Assembly (NCBI RefSeq): GCF_006345805.1
Contig: NC_043006.1
Span: 41,478,001 to 41,542,000 of the forward strand
Source of the DNA: Octopus sinensis
Lineage: Eukaryota
Length of the DNA: 64,000 nt
Reading direction: 5' to 3'
The notes beneath the pieces are model-generated. The model was not told where the DNA came from and did not search any database. It worked only from the letters and a program-made list of their open reading frames with translations. This document shows, piece by piece, positions 25,671 to 39,100 of the stretch (positions within the stretch are counted from its first letter, which is position 1; the number at the start of each line of letters is the position of its first letter). The position numbers and the translations under genes were made by a program.

Positions 25671-26849
25671 TATGTATGTCTATGTATGCTTGCATGTATA
25701 CACTTGTGTTTCTTTTCACTCTTTTACAACGGGTGGATGTGTATCTGTGAATCCATACTTTAGCAGATTGACCAAAGAAGGCCGATAGAATTAGTACAAG
25801 ACATGAAATAAGTACAAATAATTCCTGGGATTGAATTGATCATTGAAAAATTCTCCGTGTTGATTTATGGTCTCAGTCCAATCAATGCAACAAATTATAA
25901 AAGTAAAGAATACTTTGAAGATAACAATATTATCTTCTTACCTGAACATCTTGATAACATTGATATTTTCAATGCCTCAGCTCAAATTCCTGTTTTAATT
26001 ACACTGTATATGGTTGATATCCGTACCACCTGTCAGCTTTGTCTCAACTGTATATTTTCCACATAGTTCCCACCGAACAATACAATGTGTATTATCACGT
26101 CTCCATTCGTGTTCCTTTTGTCCATGTTTACCGTATTCCCTCATTATGTCGCTGATGCTGTCATCTTTTCTACCTGCTTAGAGTGATTCAGCGTTCTTAT
26201 GGACATAATTAATATTAAGTGTACGTTCTGCAACACAGATTGAAGCTTCATTTACGTTTGATTTCTGCATTTACACCTGCTTTCTGTATCTATTGCCACG
26301 ACTCTTGTTTATCCAAACATTATCACACTCATCTGTGATAAATGTTATATTCACTGTCAAACCACTATGTCGCTATCTCCTGTCACGCCACTATGCCGCT
26401 TTTTCCTTCTATTCTGAATCGCTTATATTCATTCTCGTTACTGAAGTCAGCAATGTCTGACAGACTTGTACACCAACCATCAGTGGCACTGAACGATTAG
26501 CAACGCACATATTACTCATATCTTAAATAAGATCCAGTCATATTTTCCCTGAGCCGGCACGGCCTATAAATGTCCCTTTCTCGGGGCATTTCAGCTTGAA
26601 TCTTCATCAGTTTCCGCACCTTTCTGGAAATTTTGTCCAAGTAGAAACACAAAAAATTAATTTGACAATCTGTTGATAGAAATTCTGTCAGAGTGGTTTT
26701 TGGTCAAAGACATCGAAATGAGAATTCGCAATGATTTTCTATAGATTCGCAACTCAAAAGTAATTGGTAGAATAATAGGAAAGGTAAAGGCAGTGCTAAA
26801 ATCTTAATGAAGTAGATCTTAGCTTAGTGAATAATTTATTCTATGCTAC

Positions 26850-28500
26850 AGCGTTAGTAACCAGCGCAGGATGGTATTCGACTAAAAAGAAAGACTAATA
26901 TTATAAACAGGAAACAAGCATAGCAAGAGAGAATTAAAAATAATGTACTTAGATCTGATATTGAAATATTCAGGAATATCAAAGACGAAGAAAATGTTAA
27001 GATACCGAAAGCTAAGAAACTGAAAATAGAATATGACATAAAAGGAATAACTGAAATCAATAATGCAGCCGAAAAACCATGCAAGTGATCAGGTATAACG
27101 AGGCTCAAGCAAAGATCAAACTTCTTCAAGGATAATAGAATGTTCCGAAAAGATTCTAAAAGAATCGTTTGGAGAAAAATTGCAAAAGCTAATATAATTG
27201 TTAAAATTACCCCTGCCGAGGAGTAAGTACAAATGTTTTGGAAATCAATCTGATCGAATCCCAATGAACACAATTGTGATGATCCCTCGATTCGTTTGTA
27301 AATCAGAGATACTGAACATATTTAAGAGTAAATATGGAATGATGATCTCTTTGATGAAGATCTCCGGACTGAAATGAGCAAATCCAGGAAATAGAAATCG
27401 CATGGAAAAATGGGAGCCCTATTTTCTGGCTGAATGTCTGACCGAGTCCCATGGGATATCAAGTCGTCTTGACGACGACGATGACTACGACGACGGTAAG
27501 TTTGATAATCACGATGTCAAGGACAACGTTATTGATTATGCCGATGACGATGGCAATGACGGCGATGATGCTGATGAGGACAATAGGGAATGTAGTAAAA
27601 TAAAAACAGAAGTAGAAATATTAAAGTAGAACGTTTTGGTGGTGAGTTTGATACAGGAAATATTAAAGAACCTTAAAGAATCCTTCTTTGACTTGTAGGT
27701 GGAGTAGCTTAAATCCCAAACGTGAAGTAACTTATAACCCTTCCCAAACTCTGATCAATTACTTGTCTTTCAATTGTGTATAACATACTAACATCTCCCA
27801 TTAGTAAAGACACGTATAACCTTCTCCCGGATTACAGAATTTTCCCCTAATGAATAAAATGGCTGCGAACGTAGGTTGTGTGATGAAAACAAGCTTTTAA
27901 TAAATTAAGTCATTCACTGGGACTGCTATATGGGACTTAGAAATCTTTCTGTTTCGTGGGTTGATTTCAAACAAGCGTATGATCGCTGTTTCCATAGTTG
28001 GACTAAGATATGATCGGAAATCTATAAAATCTCTCCAGTTGTTGGTAATTTTCGATCAAATTGTATGACGTTCAGGAAAACCACTCTAATGCTGAATGGA
28101 GAGAAATGTACTGTTAATGTTGGTCATATTGATATAAGCTGCAATGTTTTTAAAAGGCTTCTCTATCACCAATTCTCTTTTGAGTGACTCTCATGCCATC
28201 AAATAGGCTATTAAATTATACCAGATATGAGTACATAATATACCACAGAAATAAATCACAAATTACTCAACCACTTTTTTTTTGCTTGAGTAATGTAACC
28301 TGTTTCCCAAAAGGTGATCAAAAACTGGAATGGTCTTTAACTGTAGTGAAACCGTTTAGTGAGGATGTTGAAATGGAATTCCGCCTTGTGCTCTTAAAAC
28401 CCTATTGCATACAACTCTACATGGCTACCAAAATTAAGCAGTTAGATTTTGAAGAAACTTACGTGTACGCTGGTACGTGCAACAGGGATGGTATCCAATG
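26850..28500 (+). mobile_element. RLE non-LTR retrotransposon RT region, interrupted at 27469-27668
   Basis: NRMFRKDSKR..QMFWKSI, FWL.CLTESH, ITCLSIVYNILTS, NLSVSWVDFKQAYD..HSW, ETYVYAG, all with frameshifts and stops. Confidence 0.85.
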
Positions 28501-29447
28501 CCCACAATTGTTTATCATCGACATCATCCTTATAGTTATTATTTTTGTGGTTCAGGATGAATGTCTGTAGACGCCTCACTCTTAGTATATCCTTTTGCAT
28601 TCTCATCCACTCTATCTTTTAATCTTCCATGCTTTCTTAGAAGCATGCTTCTGATTAGAAGACGCTCTCCCTTTCACATTAAACGAAAGAGCATGCGTTC
28701 CAATTTGGTCAATTTTTTTCTCTTTTTCCTGGAGCAGTAAAAATAACATAAGATCAATGTTATGTAGGAATAAGAAGGTAAAGACTCCAAAAGTGGAATT
28801 AACCTGTATATTTCTAGTATATCTGTGTGTGTGTACGTGTAGTTTAACCTCCTTCAACAACAACAGCAACAACAAAATGACAAGCCTGAAGAATTACCAA
28901 TGTATGTCGATAATAATTACGCTTCTTGCTTTGATTAAGAAAATATATAAAAAATAAATAATTAAAAAATATAGTTAAATAAATAAAGGAACATAAAATT
29001 CATATATAAAACAAACTTGTGCAACATAATCACAATAGATTTCTAATGTTCCTTTACAAACAATGCTTAGTCAGATAGGAAAGAAGTTGAAGAGTTCTTA
29101 GAATTTATCAACAGATTACATAGCGTTTCTTTGAAGTGATTTTCTAATAAGCCGGGTTTTTTTTTCTTTCAAATCTTTTGTGTTTGTGAAGCAATCCCGG
29201 AAACCGTTTGTAGTTGCCTTTAAAGAACGTTTTTTTCTTCTTCTTTAATAATATTTCCTGCATCAAACTCACCACCAATAGGTTCTACTTTAATATTTCT
29301 ACTTCTGTTTTTATTTTACTACATTCCCTATTGTCCTCATCAGCATCATCGCCGTCATTGCCATCGTCATCGGCATAATCAATAACGTTGTCCTCGGCAT
29401 CGTGATTATCAAACTTATCGTCGTCGTAGTCATCGTCGTCGTCGTCA
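27469..29447. repeat. About 200 bp inverted duplication (27469-27668 vs 29249-29447)
   Basis: gacgacgacgatgactacgacgacggtaagtttgataatcacg...gagtttgatacaggaaatatta is the near-exact reverse complement of taatatttcctgcatcaaactcacc...gtcatcgtcgtcgtc. Confidence 0.9.
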
Positions 29448-30170
29448 TCACCATCATCAACAACTCCAGCACTAGCATTATTATTAATGTCATCCTTATC
29501 AAAATCGATATCTCTATTATCTTAATGAAAATGAATTATAATTATCATTATCTTTACTAGCAGCAACAGCAGCAGCACTGTCACTATAAGAACGCTAAAT
29601 GAATATAATAATTATCATAATCAACATCATAATCACTAATATCGAAATTAGCACCACCACCAAAAACAACATTAACACGGTGCCCATCATCATCATCGTC
29701 GTCATCTTCAAGGTAGCGTTCTCCCCCAACGCAATCTCACTCGCTTCTCTATAAAAATAATCATAAAATCAAACATTGTGGACGGGTTATCATAATAATA
29801 ATAATGAACAATAATAATAATGACAATAATAATAATAATGATAATAATAATAATAATGACAATAACAATAATAATGAACAATAATAATAATGACAATAAT
29901 AATAATAATAATGACAATAATAATAATAACAATAATAATGATGATAATGCTGATGATAATAATAATCACTAACATCATCATGAACGTCAAGTCATTATTG
30001 TCGATACGTTAACCATAAATTTTATCCTCATTCTGATCACAATTATCGTTATTAAAATCGACATCTTCATTATTATAACGATCATAGCAATCAGTACAAT
30101 GATAAAAATAACTCTACATTGGCCAGAAAGTTCTATTTGCACAATGAAAATTGTGTCATATGAATATGTA
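29440..30170. repeat. Low-complexity (CAT)n/(AAT)n tract with higher-order aataataataatga(a)c units
   Basis: Directly visible, especially 29790-29960. Confidence 0.85.
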
Positions 30171-30219
30171 ACAAAACGCAAAAAAACAAATGAAATCAAA
30201 TATGTGCGCCTGTGTGCGT

Positions 30220-30253
<34 letters not shown>

Positions 30254-30294
30254 AAGTATATATATATATATATATGTTATATGTATATATATAT

Positions 30295-30498
30295 AGTTAA
30301 TCTAAACATGAACAAAGAGAAAACACAACAACGTGAGGACGTGGAACAAGTATAGTGGTATTGGACGCTCGGGAAACGAAAGAAAGAAGGAGGATTCAAC
30401 GTTTCGAGCGGAGCTCTTAGTCAGAAAATAGAAAAAGGAAAGGTCCCAGGAAGGGAAGACGGACTGAGAAAATCGCCAATGATACACACGCAGTCACA
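30295..30498 (-). mobile_element. About 200 bp microsatellite-flanked pLTR-like monomer with a decayed minimal hammerhead (30394-30428)
   Basis: Minus strand ttttCTGACTA-a-gagc(tcc)gctc-GAAACGTT. Homologous to 59790-59975. Confidence 0.65.
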
Positions 30499-30619
30499 TA
30501 TTATATATATATATATGATGTTAAATAAAATAAGATGAAGCAACAAAGCCAAGGCAGTGTGAAATTTCTAGGACGTTTATAAAGAGAAAGTTAGTCTTAC
30601 ACCTTTTGCAGGGATATGA

Positions 30620-30952
30620 GGGATATCCCTTTGGTTTCTTTATTAATCACAGGGGGCCAAACATAGAGGGGACAAACAATGAAAGACAAAGGGATTAGAA
30701 CGTAACGACAGACGAAATACCTATTTCTTTACTGCCTACAAGGAGCTACACACAGAGAGGAGAAACAAGGACAGACAAACGGATTAAGTCGATTATGTCG
30801 ACCCCAGTGCGTAACTGGTACTTATTTAATCGACCCCGAAAGGATTAAAGGCAAAGTCGACCTCAGCGGAATTTGAGCTCAGAACGTAACAGCAGACGAT
30901 ATACCGCTAAGTATTTTGCCCGGCGTGCTACCGTTTCTGCCAGCTCGCCGCC
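30620..30952 (-). mobile_element. SINE family B (full copy 30720-30952 plus a duplicated tail)
   Basis: Reverse complement of the 13969 copy. Confidence 0.85.
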
Positions 30953-31741
30953 CTTCACCAAAGATGATATTAGAAACTTAAATAGAAGGAAATAGTAGAG
31001 TTCAATATAAGTTATTTTGGAAAAGGAGAGATATAGGAAATATAAAGGGAAATAAGAAAATGATAATAAAAAATGTTACAGTTGCATATATATATATATG
31101 TGTGTGTGTTCGTGTGTATGTATTTATATAGATTGGTCTGCTTTTAAATTGATGTAATGATCGCATTTTTCAATTAAATGGAATTGAATGAAACGATCGT
31201 ACTGCATTACCTCTGGATATCCTTTTGCTTAGTTTGATTTTAATCACCTTACTTTGAAATTGTATGGATAACAGCGTACTAAATTCTGGTGCCTCAACTT
31301 AAGTACCATATTCATCTGAATCTCTCTCTCTCTATATATATATATGTATGTATGTATGCATATATATAAATATATAATTAAAAAAACATAATTATAATTA
31401 AGGACGCTGAAATTCCAGCGCCTGTACGCTAGATGTAGTTGTCAAATACTTACAATCGACTCTAAGTTTGCTATCTATTTATAACCACAGGTCAAATGCG
31501 AGTTAATGAGCAAGAAGATTTACAAAATTTCGGTTAATCCTTTATCTTAAGATTTCATGCTCTCTAATATAAATCACTTTGCAATCCTCAGTAGCATGAC
31601 ATTTTAAGATATAGGATTATGATAATTATTGTATCCGTTTAGCGTGCTTATAGCGACAGTGCTGCTGCTGCCTGAAGCAGTGTGCCGAATCAGCATAGTA
31701 TATCAGTGAATAAATTCAACCGTGTATTATCTGAAATATTT

Positions 31742-32128
31742 AACTATAAAAATACAAGGGTAAAAATTATTGAAATAATTTATACCAGTGGTTAGCATGT
31801 GTAATAAAAATTAGAAAACATGAATATTTTTATAATTTAAGAGTATATAAAAATTTATAAACGGAGATAAGACCACTATGTGGACTTTTTCCATGCTAAA
31901 AAGGATAGAATCCTAAACCACAAGCAATGTGCCATCAATAAGAATGTTTCCGTAGTTTAGGATTTGACTGTCTTTTTTAGCATGTAAGAAGCCCACATGG
32001 TGGTCTTCTTTCCGTGTATAAATTTTATACGTTCTTAAATTATAAAAATGTCTTCTGACTTCTATTACACATATTTACCACTGGTATAAATTATCTTAAT
32101 AATTCTTACCCTTGTATTTATAGTTATA
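31742..32128. mobile_element. Fold-back element, about 175 bp inverted arms
   Basis: tataaaaatacaagggtaaaaattattgaaataatttataccagtgg...catgctaaaaaggatagaatcctaaac pairs with gtttaggatttgactgtcttttttagcatg...ccactggtataaattatcttaataattcttacccttgtatttatag. Confidence 0.8.
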
Positions 32129-32269
32129 TATAGTATTTATATAGTTATATATATATATAAATATACATATATCTATTTGTGTATATATATTTATATATGG
32201 GCATATATATATGTGCTTCTATGTGTGTGTGTATATATTTGTTCCTTTCTTAACCACAAATAAAGTTCA

Positions 32270-32530
32270 TATCGGCTCCCATAACATTGATATTACTGCC
32301 CTAAGTGAAACCAGGCTTGCGGACACTGGAGAATTGGAGGAAGTTGGATGAGGTTATACTTGTTTCGGATTGGATAACCATCAGATGAAACGCGGATCCA
32401 TCGTGTTGGGTTTGCCCTTAACACGACTCTGCTTTGCAAATTACCATCTTTTATTCAAGATGTTGATGAGCGTCTCATGACATTCCGTGTCTCAAAGGCT
32501 AAATCCTCTTCTATGCACCTTATCAGTGCT
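32270..32530 (+). mobile_element. RTE (BovB-like) LINE apurinic endonuclease fragment
   Basis: HNIDITALSETRLADTGELEEVG*GYT, then DERLMTFR..ISA.AP in shifted frames. Confidence 0.8.
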
Positions 32531-32639
32531 TGAGCACCTACCTTCTCGGCATGCAGGAAACATTTCAGGGGCGGAAAGTCATAGTCGCAGGAGTGTGCTT
32601 CATCTGGGCAACATGCTCATTGTAAACTGGGTAGTTGTC

Positions 32640-33330
32640 TTGGAGGAGGCGGTCTACTTTGATCAGCAAGCCACGCCTCGATGGTTTGATGGAGTCGCGC
32701 AATTTCTACAGCAGAGAAGTATATGACCTTTTGCCAGGAAATCCATCATCACTACTCCATGTTGGTCCCAAAAGACTGTGAGCATCACCTTGTTTGCAGA
32801 ATGTTTGACACAATCCTTCTTTGGAGGTGGTGAGTTATCATACTCCATTGTTTCGACTGGACGTTTATTTCAGAATCATAGTGATGGAACCATGTTTCAA
32901 CCTGTGTGATAAGTCTGCCGAAAAGTCCTCCTTGTTTTCTTGGTACATTGCCAAAAGAATTGGGAGCAATTGACTCGTTCCTGCTTCTGAAAAAGGTGTG
33001 GGTATCCGAGGAAACCATCATGCAAACAACTTGTGCATGTGCAAATGGTCGTGAATAACTTTTTCAACGGGTCCTACAATTATCTTCACTTCTTGGGCTA
33101 GTTGCCGAAAAGATATGCGGTGATCATCCAAAATAGCGGCTTCCGTCATCAATGGCGGAATATGATCGTCCAGGAATAGGAGTAGGTTCCACCGATGTCC
33201 CACAACATTAGAACTGGCGATACCAGTGCTTGACCACATCATATAATGGGACATCATCACCATAACTGCTACCATTATAACACCTTAGTACACTTCAGCA
33301 GCCGTAAAGGATGGGTGAATACTAATGGAA
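32640..33330 (-). mobile_element. Decayed irritans-type mariner, related to the 42373-43662 element
   Basis: LITQVETWFHHYDSE, PPPKKDCVKHSANKVMLTVFWDQHGVVMMDFLAKG, DDHRISFRQLAQEVKI. Confidence 0.85.
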
Positions 33331-33443
33331 AGGTGCAATTTACAATGTGACATGTAGACATGTATGATTATACCTGTACATGTTACGTTTCCTGCAATAA
33401 ATGGAAGTGGGTAACAGGAAATCTATAATGAACACCACTCGTG

Positions 33444-33485
<42 letters not shown>

Positions 33486-33721
33486 TAGATATGTCAACTT
33501 TAACATACTGGCCCCCCAAAGCTGCAACAGCAGTAAGAGTGGAGTTTATTTATTTATTCCTATGATTATAGTAAATAAATCTTACTGATGTTTGTCAATT
33601 GAATCTCTTCTCCATTATCTTCCTTACCTTACCTATCTGTCTATCTTTGCCTGTCTATTAATCTATCTATACCTTTCTATCTCTTTGTCTCTATATATAT
33701 GTATATACACACACACACACA

Positions 33722-33931
33722 TGGAGTGCGATGGGTAAATTGCCACAATTCTATATCGTTTAATTTCACGCATACCATTCTTTGTTTCTCATTTTGTCGA
33801 CTAAACAGTATAGTAGGATCAGTTGGGCACCGCTTGGGAGAACAACAGTACCATGACGCAATTCTCTCTGCCTGAAATTTGAAAACGACATGCTCTACTT
33901 CTTGGCACTCGCATTCGCATCGAAGCTCCAG
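33722..33931 (+). mobile_element. Tc1/mariner 5' end remnant
   Basis: A TIR-like start (catggagtgcgatgggtaaattgcc) followed by an ATG and a short transposase-like N-terminus, ending in (TA)n. Confidence 0.5.
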
Positions 33932-34003
<72 letters not shown>

Positions 34004-34038
34004 TTGGGAATACATGCGCCGCGTTCAATTAAATAATA

Positions 34039-34125
<87 letters not shown>

Positions 34126-34857
34126 TATATATGCATATATGAGCACAGGACATCACCAACGGTGCAAATAACATGGAATATGTAAACAAACAAGCTGAAT
34201 ACGTAAACAACGAGAAAAGAAGGGAAAGCAGTGTCCTTTCTCTGTTTTTACTTGTCTCCCATTCTGACTTGTTTTTGTACGTATTTCATGCTATTTGTAC
34301 CGTTGGTATGTCTTGTACCGATACATACATGTATATATATGTATATATATATATAAAATGTATTCTTGTTTACTTGACAAGAAGCAGTTTCTATTTGACA
34401 TTAAAAAGTTCTATTGTATATATTGATATAAGTTAACAAAAGCTGATTGAGACCCATAATATATCATCTATCGGAGAAGTTATGCAAATGCACTCCGCCT
34501 CTCATAAAAAAAAATTATATACAATTAAGAAAACCGCGCCACACATAACGATGTAGATTATCGTCACTTTGCTATTCCTCATCCAATCACACAGCTAGAA
34601 ATACGTTGAATTTCTTATCCAGTAGTCATGTAATATGAAAAGTTGATTTGAGGAAGAATAATGCAGAATAAATAGCATGTAAATTAACGATTAACTCCTC
34701 TTCCGCATTTAGACACACCCAGTCCGTTTGCTTAGCTGCTTTGCTCTTCTGTCATTCTGAACAAGTTAGTTACGTCTCTGGTATAGTGTCTATTTACCAA
34801 TTAGTATATGACTACAGTACCTCTTTCTTTCTTTTTCTTTCTCTCTTTCTCTCAGGC

Positions 34858-34901
<44 letters not shown>

Positions 34902-35409
34902 GTACGCATGCACATATGTACGCGTTATGAAAGGTATTTACGTATACAAATGTAACACTCTACTGCAAAACAATATAGGACATGTCCTATCCGTGTGACA
35001 TTTAAGTTATAAAAAAGTCGCAAGAAGGATGACCAAGTTATCGATTCTGTTATAAAATATATAAATTATTTATCTATCTATCTATCTATCTATCTATCTG
35101 AGTTTATAAATATGTGTTTGTAAATGTTTATAGATAGATTCGCACACACAAACGCACACACGCGCTCGCTCGCGCACGCACGAATTAGTGAACAAGGGAT
35201 AGAATACGGCACTCAAAATATTTAGCTGTAGTTTAATAACAGGTAAACTCAGCGCCATATTACTTAAGTTTTCGTGACCATAGGACAATCTCCAAGAAAC
35301 ATTAAGTAATGTGAAGCTAAACCAGCTTGTTTGATAAATGTATATGTATGTGTGAGTGTTTGTGTGTGTGTGTGTGTACAAATGCATTATATACATGAAT
35401 ATATGTATT

Positions 35410-35680
35410 TTCCGGGTTCAGTACCACTACATGGCGCCTTGGACAAGTGTCCACTTATATATTCATATATATTACATAGATATATATGTGTGTGTGTTTG
35501 TCTCTCAACATCGCTTGACAATTGATGCTGGTGTGTTTACGTCCCCGTAATGTTGCGGCTCAGCAAAAGAGACTGATAAAATAAATACTAGGCTACAAAG
35601 AATAAATCCTGGAGTCGATTTATTCGATTAAAAGCGGTGCTCCAGCATGGCCGTAGTCAAATGACTAACAAATGAAAGAA
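35410..35680 (+). mobile_element. SINE family A (internally deleted)
   Basis: ccgggttcagtaccactacatggcgccttggacaagtgtc...cttgacaattgatgctggtgtgtttacgtccccg...gcggtgctccagcatggccgtagtcaaatgact. Confidence 0.8.
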
Positions 35681-35691
35681 TATATACATAT

Positions 35692-36948
35692 ACATGGTGT
35701 CCCACAATTTTTACCCATTGATATTTCTTAATTATTCAAAATAAAATCTTAAGGTAGGATAATAAAATTTGGCACATCTCTAATGCAAATTGTCAATTCA
35801 TTGCAGTAATTGCTTTACAAAATAATCACCTTTCGCCTTGATCATAGCCTGTAAAGTAGTGGTCACTGAGTTGCATAAGCGCCTTTCCTTTTCTTCATCC
35901 AACTTTATCCTGAAGACAGAAGACAGATCGGCCACATTTGAATAAGTGTGAGAGGAAACATTACTCTCTCGGATGGAAAAGATAGCAAAGTCCATGGGAA
36001 TAATGTCTTCACTTGAAGGGGGCCATATCGTCTCATCCTAGACACTGCTGAAATGCTCTTTGCACCACATCTGTGTCAAACTGGATGTGTGAACCAGGCC
36101 CCGTGTTGAGTGAACATGTAACAGCCACCAAAGGCTTCTGTTACGCGGAGTAACATTTTCTTATCCAAATTTCCATATAAAATTCACTGTTGTTCTTGAT
36201 GCCAGCATTGAAGAGTATCAAGGAAGTCTTGGACACATTAGATGCAACTGCGGCCCACACCATGCGTAAAACCGGCTTCTGAGGGCGTAAATAACTCCTG
36301 CTAACTTCAGGCAAATTTCTTGCATTACGTGCATAAATTCTGTCATTCTACCTGTTGGTAAACCCCCCCCCCCATAACGAAGACCTTTTCGTTGGACCAG
36401 ATCAACACTTTGTTAGCAGCGGGCTTTATCCCAGCAAAATTAGTTTTACCCCAGTTGATTCGTTTCTTCTTGGAAGCTGCAGAAATAAAATGTCGGGATG
36501 TTTTTTTGTATGCAGTCAGCTTTGAATCTGCTTCAAAAATTATGTGCCGATTTCGAAATATCAAGAGCTTTTGAAGTTTTTCTTTCACTGCTGCGGGATT
36601 TCGGTTCATTCGCTTCTTGGCGGCTTCAACACTTTGTTTGGTAGTAATTGATCGCTTTCTACCAGGAATTGGCTTGCTAGAGGTAGTAACGGAGTCCATA
36701 CATCAGCACACTTTCAACTGCTTTGTTACATCCTTGTTGCTCACTTCAGTTGCTTCCAAAGTGATAATCTGGTCACGTTTTGCTTTCGATGTCATGTTGT
36801 TTACAAACCTGTTATTGACGAACAAAACAACAAACACATGAACAAAAGGCATATGCAAATCTTAATGTAAAATTTAGATAATATTACCTAAACCGATATT
36901 CTTTAGGAAGTGTTTTAAACATGAGTAAAACTTTCTGGGACACTCTAT
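35692..36948 (-). mobile_element. Element-length maT/DD37D-type (IS630-Tc1-mariner) transposon, inactivated
   Basis: Degenerate TIRs (catggtgtcccacaatttttacccat / atgagtaaaactttctgggacactc) with TA flanks. Transposase MTSKAKRDQII..PGRKRSITT..KRMNRNP..SAASKKKRI..LIWSNEKVF..MDFAIFSIRES, with stops and frameshifts. Confidence 0.8.
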
Positions 36949-37679
36949 TTATGTATTCGAGAAAGACATAATAATGACTGCCAGGAAACCATTAATATCG
37001 TTTAGGGATAAGAGCTGGACTCGAAATGGTCTTCAAGATAACCTTGATGTAACAATGGGGTCTTCAGACGCAGCTCAAATTACAAAATTGACTTATTTCT
37101 GCTTTCAAAAACAAAAGGGAAGTTCCCTAACATTAAAGGAGGGTTATATAGAGAAGGGGTGTTATTTGCATTAACTGGCTCCCCTTTACAAACTATCCAG
37201 AAAAAACGCGAACATTTCAACTTTCAATAACAGAATGGTAGCAAATGGATGTTTAAAATATAAGGACTTTAACTAATATGGATCTACGATTTCAGATGAA
37301 CTTTTCACAAAGCAATATACGATTTATCCTATCAAATACTGTATACAAATTCTTCCTGATATATGCTTATAAACAAATATGATTTCTGATGAACTTATAA
37401 GCAATTATACGCTTATTTTATTGGTGAATTTTGAATACTTTTATGTAAACTTTTTAAAACACATTTTCTTATCATTGTCCAAGACACTATCATTATATTT
37501 TAATACATTTATGTTAACTAATAGCCTTACACTTCACTTTCGAAAATCTTTTCTTAAACAAAGTGAAACCGGTCAAATCAATAAACATCTTTAAATGATC
37601 TCTGCATTTTCAAATCCTCTTCTCTCTCTCTCTCACACATATGTATATACATTAATATATACATATACATATATATATA

Positions 37680-37738
<59 letters not shown>

Positions 37739-37749
37739 CTATATATATG

Positions 37750-38108
37750 GGAAGCACTCCGTCGGTTACGACGACGAGGGTTCCGGTTGATCCGAATCAA
37801 CGGAACAGCCTGCTCGTGAAATTAACGTGCAAGTGGCTGAGCACTCCACAGACACGTGCACCCTTAACGTAGTTCTCGGGGATATTCAGCGTGACACAGA
37901 GAGTGACAAGGCCGGCCCTTTGAAATACAGGTACAACAGAAACTGGAAGTAAGAGTGAGAGAAAGTTGTGGTGAAAGAGTACAGCAGGGATCGCCAGCAC
38001 CCCCTGCCGGAGCCTCGTGGAGCTTTAGGTGTTTTCGCTCAATAAACACTCACAACGCCTGGTCTGGGAATCGAAACCGCGACCCTATGACCGCGAGTCC
38101 ACTGCCCT
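37750..38108 (-). mobile_element. SINE family C
   Basis: tRNA-like head agggcagtggactcgcggtcatagggtcgcggtttcgattcccagacc, body ...gtcacgctgaatatccccgagaactacgttaagggtgcacgtgtctgtggagtgctcagccacttgcacg. Confidence 0.85.
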
Positions 38109-38111
38109 ACC

Positions 38112-38209
<98 letters not shown>

Positions 38210-38317
38210 GTATGTATATATATGTATATGTATGTATATGTATAGATATGTATAGATATGTATATGTATGAATATGTATAGATATGTATAGATATATATA
38301 GATATATGTAAGTATGT

Positions 38318-38353
<36 letters not shown>

Positions 38354-38379
38354 GAATATATAAAATCAGCATTTTATCC

Positions 38380-38520
38380 TGAATTGAAATGCCACCCTGC
38401 TTAACTTTGTTTTTCACCCTTTCGGTGTTGATAAATAAGTACCAGTTGAACACGATGTCATTGACTTAGCCCTTCCCACGAACTTACTGGCCTTGCGAAA
38501 AAATTTGAAACCATTATTGT
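38380..38520 (+). mobile_element. SINE family B remnant
   Basis: ttttcaccctttcggtgttgataaataagtaccagttg...ctggccttg. Confidence 0.55.
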
Positions 38521-39069
38521 TAAGGCTTCCTTACGTTAAACAAATGTAACAGAATTTATTATTCGTCGGGTTAAAGAGAAAGTTCGTCACGTTGCAAACT
38601 ATGATCTTGGCAAGGTAATTATCTCTCCAACTGCGTTTTGTAATTATGGTTAAATCTTATCAAAGATGGTTTTAGAGAATCTATTCTTCTGGAAAATATA
38701 TTCCTGCTTTCCTCCAATCAGAATGTTTGTTCTATAATATAGCATTAAAAAAGTTCTCTACAACCTTTTAGCTAAACATTCTCGTTTTGCAAAAACATTA
38801 TTTGTTTGTATTTAGGCACTTTCTTAACCGTGAAAAATATTGAATTACAACGACGAATACATTAATCTATAACGAAAATTTTTCCTTAATTACAAAATTT
38901 ACTAACTTTTGTTCACGCAACATTTACACTTTCCCTACAAGTACTTCCATTCATACATGACAATACAATACAGAATATATAGAGATAGAGAGTGTTAGGT
39001 GTGGTGTACAGATATAGTATGTTAAAAAAAAATATTCAAAACATACACACACGCGCGCACATACACATT

Positions 39070-39100
<31 letters not shown>

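Noticed and set aside
26560-26620. Minus-strand CUGAUGA-(11 nt)-GAAA-stem III-AUU hammerhead candidate, or a plus-strand HDV-like ribozyme at the LINE 5' region
   Set aside because: Stem II is only 2 bp and stem I 1 bp. No P1/P2 pseudoknot for an HDV fold could be built.
29790-29960. Regularly spaced repeats as a CRISPR-like array
   Set aside because: They are low-complexity AAT-derived units without unique spacers, in a eukaryotic context.
31535-31595. Minus-strand CUGAGGA...GAAA-ucuuaaga-UA hammerhead candidate
   Set aside because: There is no stem I and stem II is poor; an AT-rich palindrome is expected by chance.
34480-34600. Octamer ATGCAAAT and CCAAT box as a promoter
   Set aside because: Short motifs like these are expected by chance in 64 kb of AT-rich DNA, and there is no supporting downstream feature.
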